NCBI GenBank assembly: GCA_963708075.1
Contig: OY970194.1
Span: 5,888,001-5,952,000, forward strand
Length of the DNA: 64,000 nt
DNA from: Sedimentisphaerales bacterium
Lineage (GTDB): Bacteria > Planctomycetota > Phycisphaerae > Sedimentisphaerales > Anaerobacaceae
Reading direction: 5' to 3'
The position numbers and the translations under genes are program-made. Shown here one piece after another: positions 55,113-64,000 of this stretch (position 1 is the stretch's first letter; every line of letters begins with the position of its first letter). Under the pieces are notes generated by a model. The model did not search any database, had not been told where the DNA came from, and saw only the letters and a list, made by a program, of their open reading frames with translations.

Positions 55113-56792
55113 ATGAGAAAGCGTCTGTTCCCGTGGTCTGTGACGTTGTGGCTTGTTCTGTGTGCAGGCTGCGCCGTGGATTCCCGGCGGGACGAGGGAG
55201 CCCGGATCGTCCGGGAGCACGTGGCGAAGGTCGAGCCGGTGGCGAGGCGGGCGAATCTGACGTATTGGGAGGCGGCCACCACGGGCAAAGCGGAGAAGTT
55301 CCAGGAGTACGCACAGCTCCAGTTGCAGATTCGACGGATCTACAGCGATCCGAACGAGTTCGCCCGTGTCAAGGCGCTGCGGAAATCCGGCATTCGTGAC
55401 CCCCGGCTGGCTCGGCAGGTAGACAAGCTGTACTACGCATACCTTCAGAACCAGGTCGAGCCCGACCTGCTCAAGGGGATCGTGGAGCTCGATACGCAGG
55501 TGCAGGAGGCGTACAACAACTATCGAGCCACGATCGATGGCCGTAAGGTCACGATGAGCGACATTTACACAACCCTGACGACGGACGCGGATTGCGGCAA
55601 ACGCGAGGCGGCGTGGCGGGCCAGCAGGCAGGTCGGCAACGTGATCGTCGAGGATTTCCTGAGGCTCGTCAGGCTGAGGAACCAGGCGGCCCGGCGGCTT
55701 GGCTTCGACAACTTCCACACGATGACCATCGTCGCCGGCGAGCAGAATGTGAAAGAGCTTGACCGCATATTCGACGAGCTGGACCGACTGACCCGCAAGC
55801 CCTTCCTTGGGATGAAGAAAGAACTCGATGGGATTCTCGCTAAGAGCTACGGGATCACGCCGGAGGAGCTCATGCCGTGGCATTATCACGATCCGTTCTT
55901 TCAGCGGACGCCGCTCGTTTATGAGCTGGACCTCGATCAGTACTACAAGGGACGGGACGTGAAGGAGCTTTCACGACGGTACTACGCGAGTGTCGGCCTG
56001 CCCATTGACGACATCCTGGCACGCAGCGATCTGTATGATCGTGAGGGCAAATATCCGCACGCGTTCAGCCACGACGTGGATCGCAGCGGCGACGTTCGCG
56101 TCCTCGCCAACCTGCAGGACACGGAGCGATGGATGGAGACGCTTCTGCACGAGCTGGGCCATGCGGTCTATGACAGGTACCACGATCCGAACGAGCCGTG
56201 GCTGCTGCGCGAGCCGGCGCATGCGTTCACCACGGAGGCGATTGCGATGTTCTTCGGCCGGCTTAGCCGCAACGCCTCGTGGATGCAGCAGATGCTCAAT
56301 CTATCCGATGAAGAGACGGCGAGAATCAGACAGGTCAGCGAGCGATACCTGCGCTTCCAGCAGGTCCTGTTCGTCCGCTGGGCACTGGTCATGTACCACT
56401 TCGAGAAGGCCCTGTACGCCGACCCGGACCAGGACTTGAACAACCTGTGGTGGGACCTCGTGGAGAAGTATCAGCTAGTCAGGCGTCCGCCGGGTGCGGC
56501 CGATGCGGGCTGGCTCTCCAAGCTGCACTTCACGACCGCCCCGTGCTATTATCACAACTACATGCTCGGCGAATTGCTGGCCTCTCAACTGCACGATCAC
56601 ATCGTGCACAAGGTGTTAAAGCTTGAATCGGACGAGGGTCTCAGCTATGTTGGCGACCAGCGCGTAGGTCGGTACCTGCGCGAAAACGTGTTCGGCCCCG
56701 GCGCCCGCTACTCCTGGAATGAGATGATCGTCCGGGCCACGGGCCGGCCGCTATCGCCAAAGTATTTTGTCGAGCAGTTTGTGAGCCCATGA
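55113..56792 (+). CDS. M2/M3-like zinc metallopeptidase, probable lipoprotein
   Basis: CAGC lipobox-like signal, RNQAARRLGF, PWHYHDPFFQ, LHELGH, TEAIAM, HFTTAPCYYHNY. Confidence 0.85.
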   Translation: MRKRLFPWSVTLWLVLCAGCAVDSRRDEGARIVREHVAKVEPVARRANLTYWEAATTGKAEKFQEYAQLQLQIRRIYSDPNEFARVKALRKSGIRDPRLARQVDKLYYAYLQNQVEPDLLKGIVELDTQVQEAYNNYRATIDGRKVTMSDIYTTLTTDADCGKREAAWRASRQVGNVIVEDFLRLVRLRNQAARRLGFDNFHTMTIVAGEQNVKELDRIFDELDRLTRKPFLGMKKELDGILAKSYGITPEELMPWHYHDPFFQRTPLVYELDLDQYYKGRDVKELSRRYYASVGLPIDDILARSDLYDREGKYPHAFSHDVDRSGDVRVLANLQDTERWMETLLHELGHAVYDRYHDPNEPWLLREPAHAFTTEAIAMFFGRLSRNASWMQQMLNLSDEETARIRQVSERYLRFQQVLFVRWALVMYHFEKALYADPDQDLNNLWWDLVEKYQLVRRPPGAADAGWLSKLHFTTAPCYYHNYMLGELLASQLHDHIVHKVLKLESDEGLSYVGDQRVGRYLRENVFGPGARYSWNEMIVRATGRPLSPKYFVEQFVSP

Positions 56793-58239
56793 TTTACCTG
56801 ATTGCCGTTTTAGCCTATCTTCTCGTCCTGACCGGAATCGGAATCTACAAGTCGCGCCAGGTCAAGACGCAGGCGGATTTCTCGGTGGCGGGCCGGTCGC
56901 TGTCGCCGTGGATCCTGGTTTGTACGATGCTGGCGGCCTGGATCGGCACGGGCTCGATCGTGGGCAACGCCGGCATGACGTACGAGAGCGGTCTGGCCGC
57001 CCTGATTCTGCCCATCGGCAGCGTGATCGGCATGATCCTGCTGACCCGGGTCGCGCCGCGGGCCCGCAGCTACGAGGTCTATTCCGTCCCCGAGATCATC
57101 GGCTCCCGCTACGGCCAGACCGCCCGACTGCTGGCCGTGCTGGCCCTGGTGCTCGCGTACATGGTCATCGTCAGCTACCAGTTCAACGCGCTTGGGGCCG
57201 TCCTCAACGCCATCCTGACCGACAAGGCCGGCAATCCGATTATCTCTGAGAAAATCGGGACGATCATCGCGGCGGTATTCATCATCACCTATACGGTCCT
57301 CGCCGGCCTCTTGAGCCTCGCCTACACCGATATCGTGACGGGGATCATCATCACCGTCTCGCTCATCCTTGCCTTTCCCGTCTTGTGGGGCCAGGCCGGT
57401 GGCTGGAGCGGCATGGAGGCCGGCTTCACGGCCATGGGCAAGTCCGAGCACATGAAATTCTGGGGCGTCTTCAGTCCCGCCCAGATCATCAACTACACGC
57501 TGCCGGTCTTTCTGCTGATCATGGGCGACGCCAATCAGTATCAGCGGTTCTTCGCGAGCAAGAGCGCCAGGGCGCCAAGAACGCCGTCACGTTCATGGTG
57601 TTCGCCGTGCTGGTGATCGAGAGCCTGATCATCCTGGAGGCCTGGATCGCCTCCAGCCTGATGCCGAACGCCGCAGTCGGCAAGTATGTCCTGATCTATG
57701 CCGCGAAGGATTACATGCCGATTGTCCTGGGCATGCTCTTCATGGTCACCATCGTCGGCATCATCATCTCGACCGCGGACTCGTTCCTTCTGATCCCGGC
57801 GACTTGTCTCATCCGCGACGTCTATCTGAACTACATCAACCCGAAGGCGTCGGATAGGAGGACCGTGCTCCTCAGCCGTTTGCTGGTGCTGTTCCTTGGC
57901 GTTGTTGCTTACGCTGTTTCACTGTCCTTCGCCCGTTCGACCACGATATTTCACAGGGCCATGTATGCGTACACGATCTACGGAGCGGCGATCACGCCGT
58001 GCCTGGTAGCCGCGCTGTTCTGGAAGCGAGCGACAACAACCGGCGCCATCGCATCCATCGTCGGCGGGACTGTGACGGCGTTGGTCTGGTCGAGTGTGAA
58101 TTTCGGCGACAGTGCTTCGTTCAAGTGGCTGGCGGAGCTCGATGCGGTGCTGCCGGCGATTACGGTCTCCGTGCTTGGCCTGGTTGTCGGCAGTCTGCTG
58201 ACCGAAAGAAAGCCGTCGCTGCTTGTGGCCTGCGAGTGA
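56789..58239 (+). CDS. Sodium:solute symporter; frameshift near 57570
   Basis: DFSVAGRSL, WIGTGS, AYTD, YQRFFASKS then IISTADSFL, RDVY, AALFWKRAT..GA. Confidence 0.88.
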
Positions 58240-58242
58240 CGT

Positions 58243-59622
58243 ATGTTCGCCAGAGAAACCTACATCCAAAGGAGAGAACGGCTCAAGGCCCAGGTTTCAT
58301 CAGGGCTCATTCTGCTGCCGGGCAACGAGGAATCGCCGATGAACTATGCGGCGAACCCGTATCCATTCCGGCAGGACAGCACGTTCCTGTATTTCTTTGG
58401 GCTGGACCAGCCGGGTTTGGCGGCTGTGATCGATGTCGAGGAGGGCACGGAGTGTGTCTTCGGCGACGATCCGACCGTCGAAGAGATCGTGTGGACGGGC
58501 CCTGTGCCGCTGCTGCGCGACAGATGCAGCCGCGTGGGTGTGACGCAGACGGCTCCGAGCGATAAATTGCAGCAAGTCCTGAACGAGGCCGCCCGGCAGG
58601 GAAGGACGATCCACTTTCCCCCTCAATACCGCGCAGAGAACATCCGGAAGATCAATCAGTTGTGGAGCCCGAAGGCTCCTCCTGCACCTTCGCCGGCGCT
58701 CATCAAGGCGGTCGTTCAGCAAAGATCGATCAAGTCGGGGGAGGAGATCGAGCAGATCGAGGCGGCCCTCGATATCTCCCGGCAAATGCACATCACCGCG
58801 ATGCAGATGGCTCGGCCGGGCGTGGTCGAGCGGGAAGTGGCGGGGGCGATGGAGGGGATCGCGATATCCAATGGCGTACGGTTGGCGTATTCCGCCATCT
58901 TCTCCACCCATGGCGAGACGATGCACAATCCCTACTATGACAACGTGTTGAAGGCCGGCGATATCGTCGTCAACGACTCCGGTGCCGAGTCGCCGCTGCA
59001 CTACGCCAGTGACATCACGCGGACCATTCCCATCGGCGGCCGGTTCTCGCCGCGACAGGGAGAGATCTACTCCATCGTGCTCGATGCGCAGCAGAAAGCC
59101 CTCGGTTTGGCAAAGCCTGGAATCGAGTGGCGCGAGGTCCACCGATTGGCCGCCGTCGCTCTGATGGAAGGCCTCAAGGGACTTGGACTGATTCGGGGCG
59201 ACCCGGAGGAGGCGGTGGCGGCGGGGGCGCACACGATGTTTCTGCCCTGCGGCGTCGGTCACATGATGGGACTCGACGTGCACGACATGGAGGCGCTCGG
59301 CGAGGACTACGTCGGCTATACAGACACAATCAAGCGCAATCCGGAATTCGGCTGGCGCTACCTGCGGCTGGCCAAAGCCATTGAGCCGGGTTTCGTCATC
59401 ACGGTCGAGCCGGGCATCTACTTCATCCCGCAGCTTATCGACCAATGGCGAGCGGAAGACAAGTGCGGCCGGTTCATCAACTACGACAAGGTCGAGGAGT
59501 ATCGGGATTTCCACGGCATCCGGATTGAAGACAACATTGTAGTGACCGCCGACGGCTGCCGCGTCCTTGGCCGGCCGATCCCCAAGACCATCGAAGAAGT
59601 CGAAGCCATGACCTCCATGTGA
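58243..59622 (+). CDS. pepP: Xaa-Pro aminopeptidase (M24B)
   Basis: [14 protein letters not shown]...[32 protein letters not shown]. Confidence 0.9.
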   Translation: MFARETYIQRRERLKAQVSSGLILLPGNEESPMNYAANPYPFRQDSTFLYFFGLDQPGLAAVIDVEEGTECVFGDDPTVEEIVWTGPVPLLRDRCSRVGVTQTAPSDKLQQVLNEAARQGRTIHFPPQYRAENIRKINQLWSPKAPPAPSPALIKAVVQQRSIKSGEEIEQIEAALDISRQMHITAMQMARPGVVEREVAGAMEGIAISNGVRLAYSAIFSTHGETMHNPYYDNVLKAGDIVVNDSGAESPLHYASDITRTIPIGGRFSPRQGEIYSIVLDAQQKALGLAKPGIEWREVHRLAAVALMEGLKGLGLIRGDPEEAVAAGAHTMFLPCGVGHMMGLDVHDMEALGEDYVGYTDTIKRNPEFGWRYLRLAKAIEPGFVITVEPGIYFIPQLIDQWRAEDKCGRFINYDKVEEYRDFHGIRIEDNIVVTADGCRVLGRPIPKTIEEVEAMTSM

Positions 59623-59630
59623 GGAGCACT

Positions 59631-60698
59631 ATGCCCAGAACGAAGATCATCGCCACGCTGGGGCCCGCCAGCGGCAGCTATACCGTACTGCGCAAGATGG
59701 TGACGGCCGGCCTCGATGTCGTGCGGCTGAATTTCTCGCACGGCAGCCGTGACGAGCATGTCGAGCGGATTAAACTGATCCGCCGGATCAACAAGAAGTA
59801 CCGGCGCGCGATCAAGATCATGCAGGACCTCGAAGGATTTCGCATCCGCATCGGGCGGTTCAAAGGCTCCGAGACGCGCGAGTTGAAGGACCATTCCACC
59901 GTCTGGCTGACGAACGAGGCGGCGGTGGACGGTCCCAAGACGATCCCCTTCGATTACCACGGGGACTTGAGCCGGATCAAGCCCGGGCAAATGGTGTATA
60001 TCGACGATGGGAACCTTGCCCTGCGCGTCAAAGAGGTCAGTGGGGGCAGCCTCAAGGCCGTTGTGGTCGAAGGCGGCATCCTCAAGGAGAGAAAAGGCAT
60101 CAACATGCCCGGGGCGGACCTCGACTTCGACGGCCTGACCAAGAAGGACAAGGCGGACATTGAGTTCGGCATCGAGCACAAGGTGGATTACATCGCGCTG
60201 TCATTCGTACGCGATGCGAAAGATGTACGAGAGGCCGCCGCGCTGATCAAGCCGAGCCTGCCCGACTGCCAGATCGTGGCGAAGGTCGAGAGCCGCCAGG
60301 CGATCCGCAACATCAATGCCATTATCGCTGCCGCCGATGGAATCATGATCGCCCGCGGGGACATGGGCGTCGCGATCCCGATCTACGAAGTCCCCATCGT
60401 GCAGAAGCAGATCATCCGGAAGTGCAACGCCGCGGGCAAGTTCGTCATCACGGCCACGCAGATGCTCGAGCACATGACCGAGCACAGCCGGCCCACCCGG
60501 GCCGAAGCCACCGACGTGGCCAACGCCATCCTCGACGGCACGGACTTCGTCATGCTCTCGGCCGAGAGCGCCGTCGGCCGCTTCCCCTGTGAATCCGTGC
60601 AAATGATGAACGACATCATCAAATTCACGGAGCAGGCCGTGGAGGCCGGCCTGTGTTCTTCCCGACCCCCAGCGCTCACGCACAAGCGGAGAGCTTGA
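59631..60698 (+). CDS. pyk: Pyruvate kinase lacking the C-terminal domain
   Basis: [55 protein letters not shown]; ends about 25 aa after the barrel; GAGGAG RBS. Confidence 0.9.
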   Translation: MPRTKIIATLGPASGSYTVLRKMVTAGLDVVRLNFSHGSRDEHVERIKLIRRINKKYRRAIKIMQDLEGFRIRIGRFKGSETRELKDHSTVWLTNEAAVDGPKTIPFDYHGDLSRIKPGQMVYIDDGNLALRVKEVSGGSLKAVVVEGGILKERKGINMPGADLDFDGLTKKDKADIEFGIEHKVDYIALSFVRDAKDVREAAALIKPSLPDCQIVAKVESRQAIRNINAIIAAADGIMIARGDMGVAIPIYEVPIVQKQIIRKCNAAGKFVITATQMLEHMTEHSRPTRAEATDVANAILDGTDFVMLSAESAVGRFPCESVQMMNDIIKFTEQAVEAGLCSSRPPALTHKRRA

Positions 60699-62664
60699 GG
60701 ACCTTGCTCAGTGCGGAGAGGGTGAAGAGGAGCGGATACAACTCTTCGAAGTACCAGAGCCGGGCGAAGTACAGGCCGATGGGGGAGGCGGGGGTGGAGT
60801 GGCCCAGGTACGTGTGCGCGATCAGCCAGTCGGCGCCGCGCTGTATCGCTTCGAGTGCGGAATGCGGAGTGCGGAGTGCGGAATGAAGCAAAGCCGTTGC
60901 GAGAGCATCGACCGCCAGCGCTGTCTCCTCGATAGATGATGTGACGGAGGCGGCGCCGCCCCACCCTCCGTCGGAATTCTGTGCGTTCAAGAGCCACCCG
61001 GCCGCATGCTCCTGCATGGCATGAAGCTGCTCCAAATCCACTCCGCATTCCGCAATCCGCAATCCGCAATTGACCAGGTGGGTCATCGCCCGGCTTGTCC
61101 CATACACCGGGTTCTCCTGGCTCGGCGCGAGTTGATTGCCAAACCATAACGGCACCCACGAGCCGTCGGTCCGCTGAGCGTCACGCATATACCGCAAGGC
61201 TCTCGATATCGATTTGCCGGTCCGGCCGCGCAGCGGAGCCGGCAGCGCGTCCAGCCAAACGCTCATGGCGGCGATGGCGTGGGCCGTAATGTCGGGCGTG
61301 CTCTTGTCGAAGGGCAGCTTCGTCCAGCCCCGGCAAAACGTGGGAATGCCGCCGTTGCTGTTCTGAAGGCCCAGGAGCCAGTCGACGCCGGAGACGATTG
61401 CGGAATGCGGAATGCGGAATGCGGATTCGCTCACGCCCGACGATAGTGCGTGCAACGCGATTAGCGCCCCGGCGGTATCGTCCCCATCTGGAACAGCACC
61501 AGGCAGATTCGACCAGCCCCACCCTCCCGGCTCGGCGTGCGTGTAGGGATGCACATCCTGATGCCGGCAGGACAGGAGCCATCGAACCAATTGATTTCGG
61601 ATTGGGTCACTCGCCTCTACTCCGCATTCCGCATTCCGCATTCCGCATTCGAACGCGGCGTTTATCGCCAGCGTCGTGACCCACGTGGCAAGGTTCGTGT
61701 CGATGGGCCAGCTTCCGTCTTCGCGAATCGAGGCGGTCAGGAACTCGACGCCTTTTCTCGTTACTTCGTGGTTCGCACGCCCGGAGGCCGCCAGGCTCAT
61801 GACGACGAATGATGTCAGTGGCGCGGCTTCGAGGAATCCGCCGTTCTCGGGCTGGAGCGTTGTAAGGACCTTGAGGCTCTTCTCGCGGGAAAGACCGCGC
61901 ACGAGTCTTGTGAGCGGATTGCCCGGCTTGAGATGCTCGTATCGAGCCTGACCGATGGCGATCAGCGCCGGCAGGGCGTAGCTGACAACGGGCAGCCGGA
62001 GCCACTTGTAAAGGCGATGCGGAAGCACGGCCAGCTCGAATGGCAACGGCCGAACCAGCCGCCACGCGTCACTTCCCGCGCCCAATCGGCCAGACAGTGC
62101 GGCCATTGTCAGGATCGGCACGGAGAACGTCCGGTCCTTGCCGTACTGCTGTTCCACCGCCTTGGCCAGAGCCTGCGGCTCCAGAGTGCCCGCCTTGCCG
62201 CGGAGCCACGATTCTGCCTTGTGAGTTGCCGGTACCAATTTCGGATTGCGGGGGGTGGCAGCGTCAAGCGCAGCTTGGCGATGGCTTCCCACGAATGTGG
62301 CAGAACCATCGCCAAGGCCTTCGGCCTTGACGCTGCCACCCGCTGAAGTCCTCGGTCCACAATCAACGGCCAGGGCCGAGTAACAAAGCAGCGTGGTGCT
62401 CAGATTGCTTGGGCTTTGCACGGTGTCGCCCCAGCCGCCGTCGGCGTTCTGATGGTTGCAGAGCCAGTGCAGGCCGCGCTCGATGAGCGACCGGTGTTTC
62501 TCGCTATCGGCAGTGGCCAGGGCGAAAACCGCGGTCGCTGTCGATAGCGCGCTGCTGGACAGATGCCCCTCCCAGAAGCCCTGCGGATTCCGGGCGGCCA
62601 GCAGCCTCTCTCGCAAGGCCGCGATTGTGGTGTGCAGAGCATCGTTGTCGATTGGCGAAGTCAT
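60676..62664 (-). CDS. Squalene-hopene cyclase-like protein with repeat-derived insertions
   Basis: [10 protein letters not shown] repeats [35 protein letters not shown] (DxDD); GLYFARLWY. Confidence 0.85.
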   Translation of the reverse strand: MTSPIDNDALHTTIAALRERLLAARNPQGFWEGHLSSSALSTATAVFALATADSEKHRSLIERGLHWLCNHQNADGGWGDTVQSPSNLSTTLLCYSALAVDCGPRTSAGGSVKAEGLGDGSATFVGSHRQAALDAATPRNPKLVPATHKAESWLRGKAGTLEPQALAKAVEQQYGKDRTFSVPILTMAALSGRLGAGSDAWRLVRPLPFELAVLPHRLYKWLRLPVVSYALPALIAIGQARYEHLKPGNPLTRLVRGLSREKSLKVLTTLQPENGGFLEAAPLTSFVVMSLAASGRANHEVTRKGVEFLTASIREDGSWPIDTNLATWVTTLAINAAFECGMRNAECGVEASDPIRNQLVRWLLSCRHQDVHPYTHAEPGGWGWSNLPGAVPDGDDTAGALIALHALSSGVSESAFRIPHSAIVSGVDWLLGLQNSNGGIPTFCRGWTKLPFDKSTPDITAHAIAAMSVWLDALPAPLRGRTGKSISRALRYMRDAQRTDGSWVPLWFGNQLAPSQENPVYGTSRAMTHLVNCGLRIAECGVDLEQLHAMQEHAAGWLLNAQNSDGGWGGAASVTSSIEETALAVDALATALLHSALRTPHSALEAIQRGADWLIAHTYLGHSTPASPIGLYFARLWYFEELYPLLFTLSALSKVLKLSACA

Positions 62665-63563
62665 TTGGCAAGGCAGCCCAGCGAGAGCAGACCGTAATAT
62701 GTGTATTCGCAGTCCACAACATCATCGGCCCAGTGGCCGCGGAATCCACCCTGTGAGGTCCACAGGGTATCCAAGTAATCCAGGTGCTTTTCCCTTGTGT
62801 CATCCGCCAGGGCCCCGGCCAGAGACAGCGCGTGCAGGGCGGTGGCGGTCGAGAGCAGATCAGGGATCAGGGGCCCCGTGGGCAGACGAATCGCTGTGAA
62901 TCCGCCCTGCGGGTGCGCCTGCTCCCGCAGCCAGTGGACGGCAGAGTCGGGGATGGCGCGATCCATGTAGTGGAGGATGCAAATCGCGGCGGCGGTTGCG
63001 GCCGTGGCACTTGCAGTCATCGTGGCCTCGTTCGCGTAGCCGCCATCGGGCATTTGCAGGGACTGGATGGATGCGGCCATGCCATCCGGATTGGGACAAT
63101 CGATGCCGAGGTCTTGGAAGGCGCCCAGAGCGAGAAAACTGCCATACGCACTGCCTCGCTCCGCGTGGGCGGCCGCGTTGAATCCGCCGTCCTGAGCTTT
63201 GTACAACTGCAAATGCTCCGCCATGTCCCGGCGTGTCCGGGCGTCCATGGCCTCGCCGCAAATGCCGGATATGTTCGCTCGGCAGCGAGCCAGGCAGGCG
63301 AGGTGCACGAAGTCCAGGGACTCGCCCGTACCGAAGCGGCCCAGGTAATCGGCGACGCGGTCACAGGGAACGCCGGCCTCCAATGCCAGCGATGCTTCCA
63401 GCCCAAAGACGGTGTAGTACAGGTCGCTGCGTCCGTCCCGGCCCTGAAAGCCTCCATCCGGGGCAAGCTGCCGGCGAAGAAAGGCCCTCGCCGCATCCGC
63501 GGATTCACCGAGAGCTTCACTCGCTCTATTCACAGCCCGACGCATGTCCAGCCTGATCGTCAT
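62661..63563 (-). CDS. Prenyltransferase/squalene oxidase repeat protein
   Basis: DGGFQGR..SDLYYT, DGGF, DGGY, PDLLSTATAL, GGF...DCEYTYYGL; ATGA overlap with the cyclase gene. Confidence 0.8.
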   Translation of the reverse strand: MTIRLDMRRAVNRASEALGESADAARAFLRRQLAPDGGFQGRDGRSDLYYTVFGLEASLALEAGVPCDRVADYLGRFGTGESLDFVHLACLARCRANISGICGEAMDARTRRDMAEHLQLYKAQDGGFNAAAHAERGSAYGSFLALGAFQDLGIDCPNPDGMAASIQSLQMPDGGYANEATMTASATAATAAAICILHYMDRAIPDSAVHWLREQAHPQGGFTAIRLPTGPLIPDLLSTATALHALSLAGALADDTREKHLDYLDTLWTSQGGFRGHWADDVVDCEYTYYGLLSLGCLAK

Positions 63564-63638
63564 CGCGGCAGTTCCCGCATCAACTCTTGCCTGGTTCGGT
63601 TTCGTCCATTCTGTTGTAGCACTCCTGGAGTATTGAGT

Positions 63639-63730
63639 GGGTGGCACGGGCAAACTCGTTTGCCCGTGGGGCCTCGGATGGACCGACCCAATCGAAACAG
63701 CACCGTCAAACGAGTCTGGCGGTGCCACCC
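63639..63730. repeat. GGGTGGCA...TGCCACCC double-hairpin element
   Basis: gggtggcacgggcaaactcgtttgcccgtgg ... caccgtcaaacgagtctggcggtgccaccc. Confidence 0.7.
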
Positions 63731-63768
63731 GCTAAGGATACTACCGGGTTTTGAACCGTGCCTCAACG

Positions 63769-64000
63769 TTATGCCGGTCCATTGGGCGATGCCGGCGGCA
63801 CTGCGACGCTCGTTTGCCCTGTCATTTCCTCGGGCTCACCGCCGGCGACCTGAAGTGCGACGATGATCTGCCCCGCCTCGCGGTGCAACGCCGGCAGACG
63901 CCACCCGAATATCAGGGCCGCCATGATGCAGGCTGTGCCGCCGATGGCAACCGTCGCCGGGGCGCCGAGATGGTCTGCCAGTGTGCCGGCCAGGAGCGAG
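63769..64000 (-). CDS. MFS transporter, C-terminal fragment
   Basis: Own translation: SLLAGTLADHLGAPATVAIGGTACIMAALIFGWRLP..., stop at 63769. Confidence 0.7.
   Translation of the reverse strand, partial: SLLAGTLADHLGAPATVAIGGTACIMAALIFGWRLPALHREAGQIIVALQVAGGEPEEMTGQTSVAVPPASPNGPA

Noticed and set aside
200..57600. About a dozen frameshifts read as pseudogenes or programmed frameshifting
   Set aside because: They are single-base shifts scattered over unrelated genes, often at short G/C runs, with no in-frame stops or other decay; long-read assembly error is the simpler explanation, though this cannot be proven without reads

Overview
GC-rich bacterial chromosome segment. Gene content (DUF1080, PQQ-like propeller, DUF5060/DUF4038/DUF6298-type glycan enzymes, HypD, SHC-like cyclase) suggests an anaerobic planctomycete such as Phycisphaerae; this is an inference. 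Housekeeping and metabolic genes (ilvC, tRNA-Tyr, truA, DinG-family helicase, pepP, a short pyk, hypD plus activase) are interspersed with three solitary, compositionally distinct anti-phage cassettes: a SIR2-DUF4020-like gene, an apparently two-gene Dsr1-like SIR2 locus and a Gabija-like pair. There is also an HNH-AP2 endonuclease gene and a 12-kb cluster of secreted glycan enzymes. The most unusual signal is non-coding. Inverted heptamer tracts bracket both SIR2 cassettes, a stack of about 15 different repeat units at 9.06-9.97 kb is partly mirrored at 12.1-12.35 kb, a MITE with target-site duplications carries different REP cargo in different copies, and a 24-nt micro-insert sits inside two unrelated repeats. 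The same heptamer and palindromic repeats are also translated in frame inside a squalene-hopene-cyclase-like gene. About a dozen single-base frameshifts across unrelated genes look like long-read assembly errors. All family calls come from motif recognition, not database searches.
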